A DNA stretch of 64,000 bases from assembly GCA_947454705.1 (NCBI GenBank), contig CANGKZ010000019.1, positions 13,992 through 77,991 of the forward strand. Reading direction: 5' to 3'. Position numbers and translations under genes: made by a program. Below, in pieces: positions 62,319 to 64,000 of the stretch; the first letter of the stretch is position 1, and each line of letters starts with the position of its first letter. This DNA comes from Verrucomicrobiota bacterium. GTDB lineage: Bacteria; Verrucomicrobiota; Verrucomicrobiia; Limisphaerales; UBA9464. Under the pieces are notes generated by a model. That model did not search any database and had not been told where the DNA came from. It saw nothing but the letters and a program-made list of their open reading frames with translations.

Positions 62319-64000
62319 ATGGTGCCGTTGAACTCGCTTTTCCGTTCCTCCCCCGTTTTCGGCCGTCGAATCCACTCTGCTTCCGGTAGCCTGCTCGCAT
62401 CTCTCGCGGTACTTGCAGCGGGCGCGGCACCCGTCGCCCCGCCGCCGCCGTACCTGCATCCGCCGTCGGTCGAGACCTACGCGCGGCATGATCCGAACGG
62501 CACCACCATCCTCTCCAACGGGCGCTATCTGACGCCGGCGGGGAAGCATTACCCCGTGTCGCGCTGGCCGTACGGATTGGTTCAGTCGCGCGATGGGAAC
62601 GCCCTGTTTGTGGCCAGCGACGGCGTGGGGCAGCTGGTTTTGAACTGGCAGACCGGTTCGCCCGAGTTCATTCGCGTGGTGCTGCCCAAGCCGGAAGGGA
62701 AAAAGAAGGGACATACCAATTCGGGCGGCGCGGATTTTTCCCCGGACGGTCGCATCCTTTACTGGAGCGGTGGGGAGAATGGGAATGTGCTCATTTTTGA
62801 TACTTCCACCCGGGCGATTCTGGGAGATGTGTCGCTCAATGGAATGCAGGCCGGACGCAAGTACGAGGACAGCTACGCCTCGGATGTGAAGCTCTCGCCG
62901 GACGGACGCTATCTGTACTGCGCCGACACCACGAATTTTCGACTGCTGGTGATCGACACCGCAGAACGCAAGGTGGTGGGTTCGGTGAAGGTGGGGCGGT
63001 ATCCCTACGCGCTGGTGGTGGCAGGGAATCGAGTGCAGGTGGCCAACATCGGATTGTTCGAGTACAGCCCGGTGGGCGCGTCGAAGGATCCCAAATTTGA
63101 TTCACGCGGTCTGACCCGTCCGCCGTTCGGATTCCCAAGCCGTGAGGCGGAGGAGGGGGTGGAGTTCGAGGGGCGTTCCATTCGCGGGCTCGGAAAGGCG
63201 AATGTGCCGGAGTCGTTTTCCGTGTGGGGTGTGGATGTTTCGAATCCGGTGGCACCGCGGGTGGTGACGCGCGTGAAGACCGGACTGTTGATCGGAGCGC
63301 CGAGCGATCGCGACAAGACGGTCGGAGGGAGCGCGCCCAATTTCCTCGCCGAGCAGGCGGGGGCGTTGTTTGTGTCGAATGGCAACAACGACCTGATCGA
63401 ACGGATTGATCCGCAGCTCGGAACCATTGTGTCGGGGCGCCGCATCGTGCCGTCGCCGCTGGTGGCGGGACTTCGCGGAGTCGGCACCTCGGGGATGGCA
63501 GTGTCGCCGGATGGGCGGCGATTGTACGTCGCGGAACTGGGCATCAACGCGATCGGTGTGCTCGATGCGAAGACCCTGGAGGTCCTCGGGCACATCCCGA
63601 CGGCGTGGTATCCGTACCGGGTGACGGTGTCGCCCGATGGACGCCACCTCGCCTGCATTTGCTTCCGCGGATTCGGAAACGGGCCCAACGCGGGCAAGGA
63701 GATCCCGAAGAGCGACTTTCTCGGAATGCAGGGCGTGTTGAGCCTGCTCGACGCTCCGTCGGATGAAGCGCTCCAGGGCATGACGGCGCGGGTGCTGGAG
63801 AACAACGGCATCGTGGATCATTCGGCAGACCGGGCGGCGATGTCCTCCCCGGTGATTCCGGCGGTGCCTGGCGTGGTTTCGCCGCAAATCAAGTACGTGG
63901 TGTTCATCACCAAGGAAAACCACAGCTACGATGCGATCTTCGACCGGATTCCCGGCGCGAAGCATGATCCCTCCCTGCTGCGTTGGGGCTATCACCAGAC
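62319..64000 (+). CDS. Partial CDS: secreted YncE-like beta-propeller fused to a phosphoesterase (PLC/AcpA-type) domain; runs off the window
   Basis: Hand translation from the ATG at 62319 is open to the window end. Signal-like LLASLAVLAAGAA. Repeated SPDGR.LY motifs. Final IKYVVFITKENHSYDAIFD is the typical start of phosphoesterase-family domains. Confidence 0.7.
   Translation, partial: MVPLNSLFRSSPVFGRRIHSASGSLLASLAVLAAGAAPVAPPPPYLHPPSVETYARHDPNGTTILSNGRYLTPAGKHYPVSRWPYGLVQSRDGNALFVASDGVGQLVLNWQTGSPEFIRVVLPKPEGKKKGHTNSGGADFSPDGRILYWSGGENGNVLIFDTSTRAILGDVSLNGMQAGRKYEDSYASDVKLSPDGRYLYCADTTNFRLLVIDTAERKVVGSVKVGRYPYALVVAGNRVQVANIGLFEYSPVGASKDPKFDSRGLTRPPFGFPSREAEEGVEFEGRSIRGLGKANVPESFSVWGVDVSNPVAPRVVTRVKTGLLIGAPSDRDKTVGGSAPNFLAEQAGALFVSNGNNDLIERIDPQLGTIVSGRRIVPSPLVAGLRGVGTSGMAVSPDGRRLYVAELGINAIGVLDAKTLEVLGHIPTAWYPYRVTVSPDGRHLACICFRGFGNGPNAGKEIPKSDFLGMQGVLSLLDAPSDEALQGMTARVLENNGIVDHSADRAAMSSPVIPAVPGVVSPQIKYVVFITKENHSYDAIFDRIPGAKHDPSLLRWGYHQ

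Overview
This is a high-GC (about 60%+ by eye) chromosomal segment. The gene content points to the PVC superphylum, Verrucomicrobiota or Planctomycetota: a PSCyt/DUF1549/DUF1553 + DUF1501 pair, a DUF1080 lipoprotein, a fused SecDF, many very large secreted repeat proteins, and intergenic spacers full of REP-like modules. Most of the window is housekeeping or envelope genes: COG0523 GTPase + WD40, rfbB + an NRS/ER-like reductase, yajC-secDF, galM, eda, sppA, argA, a Tat-signal Fe/Mn SOD, lepB, hisH, rlmN, larB, an ECF sigma/anti-sigma operon, metG and tRNA-Ser(GCU).

Three regions are accessory.
1. 31.9-37.3 kb holds three secreted beta-propeller-type genes: one frameshifted gene followed by a ~1.43-kb tandem duplication. 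All three end in the same C-terminal module. A looser W...FYR/FIR ending also closes the CotH protein and the 1,345-aa InlB-repeat/Calx-beta protein.
2. 48.6-58.9 kb is a ~10.3-kb segment directly downstream of tRNA-Ser, bracketed by two copies of one terminator-like hairpin. It carries a Type I R-M system in the order hsdM-hsdS-[internally deleted AlbA_2/HTH gene]-[rhuM]-hsdR-DUF45 peptidase. No integrase was seen.
3. Dispersed repeats include a ~420-bp composite element present twice in inverted orientation, heptanucleotide microsatellites and palindromic REP units.

No CRISPR array, rRNA or obvious transposase was seen. All identities, GC statements and domain calls come from reading the sequence and from remembered family motifs. 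Nothing was computed or searched.
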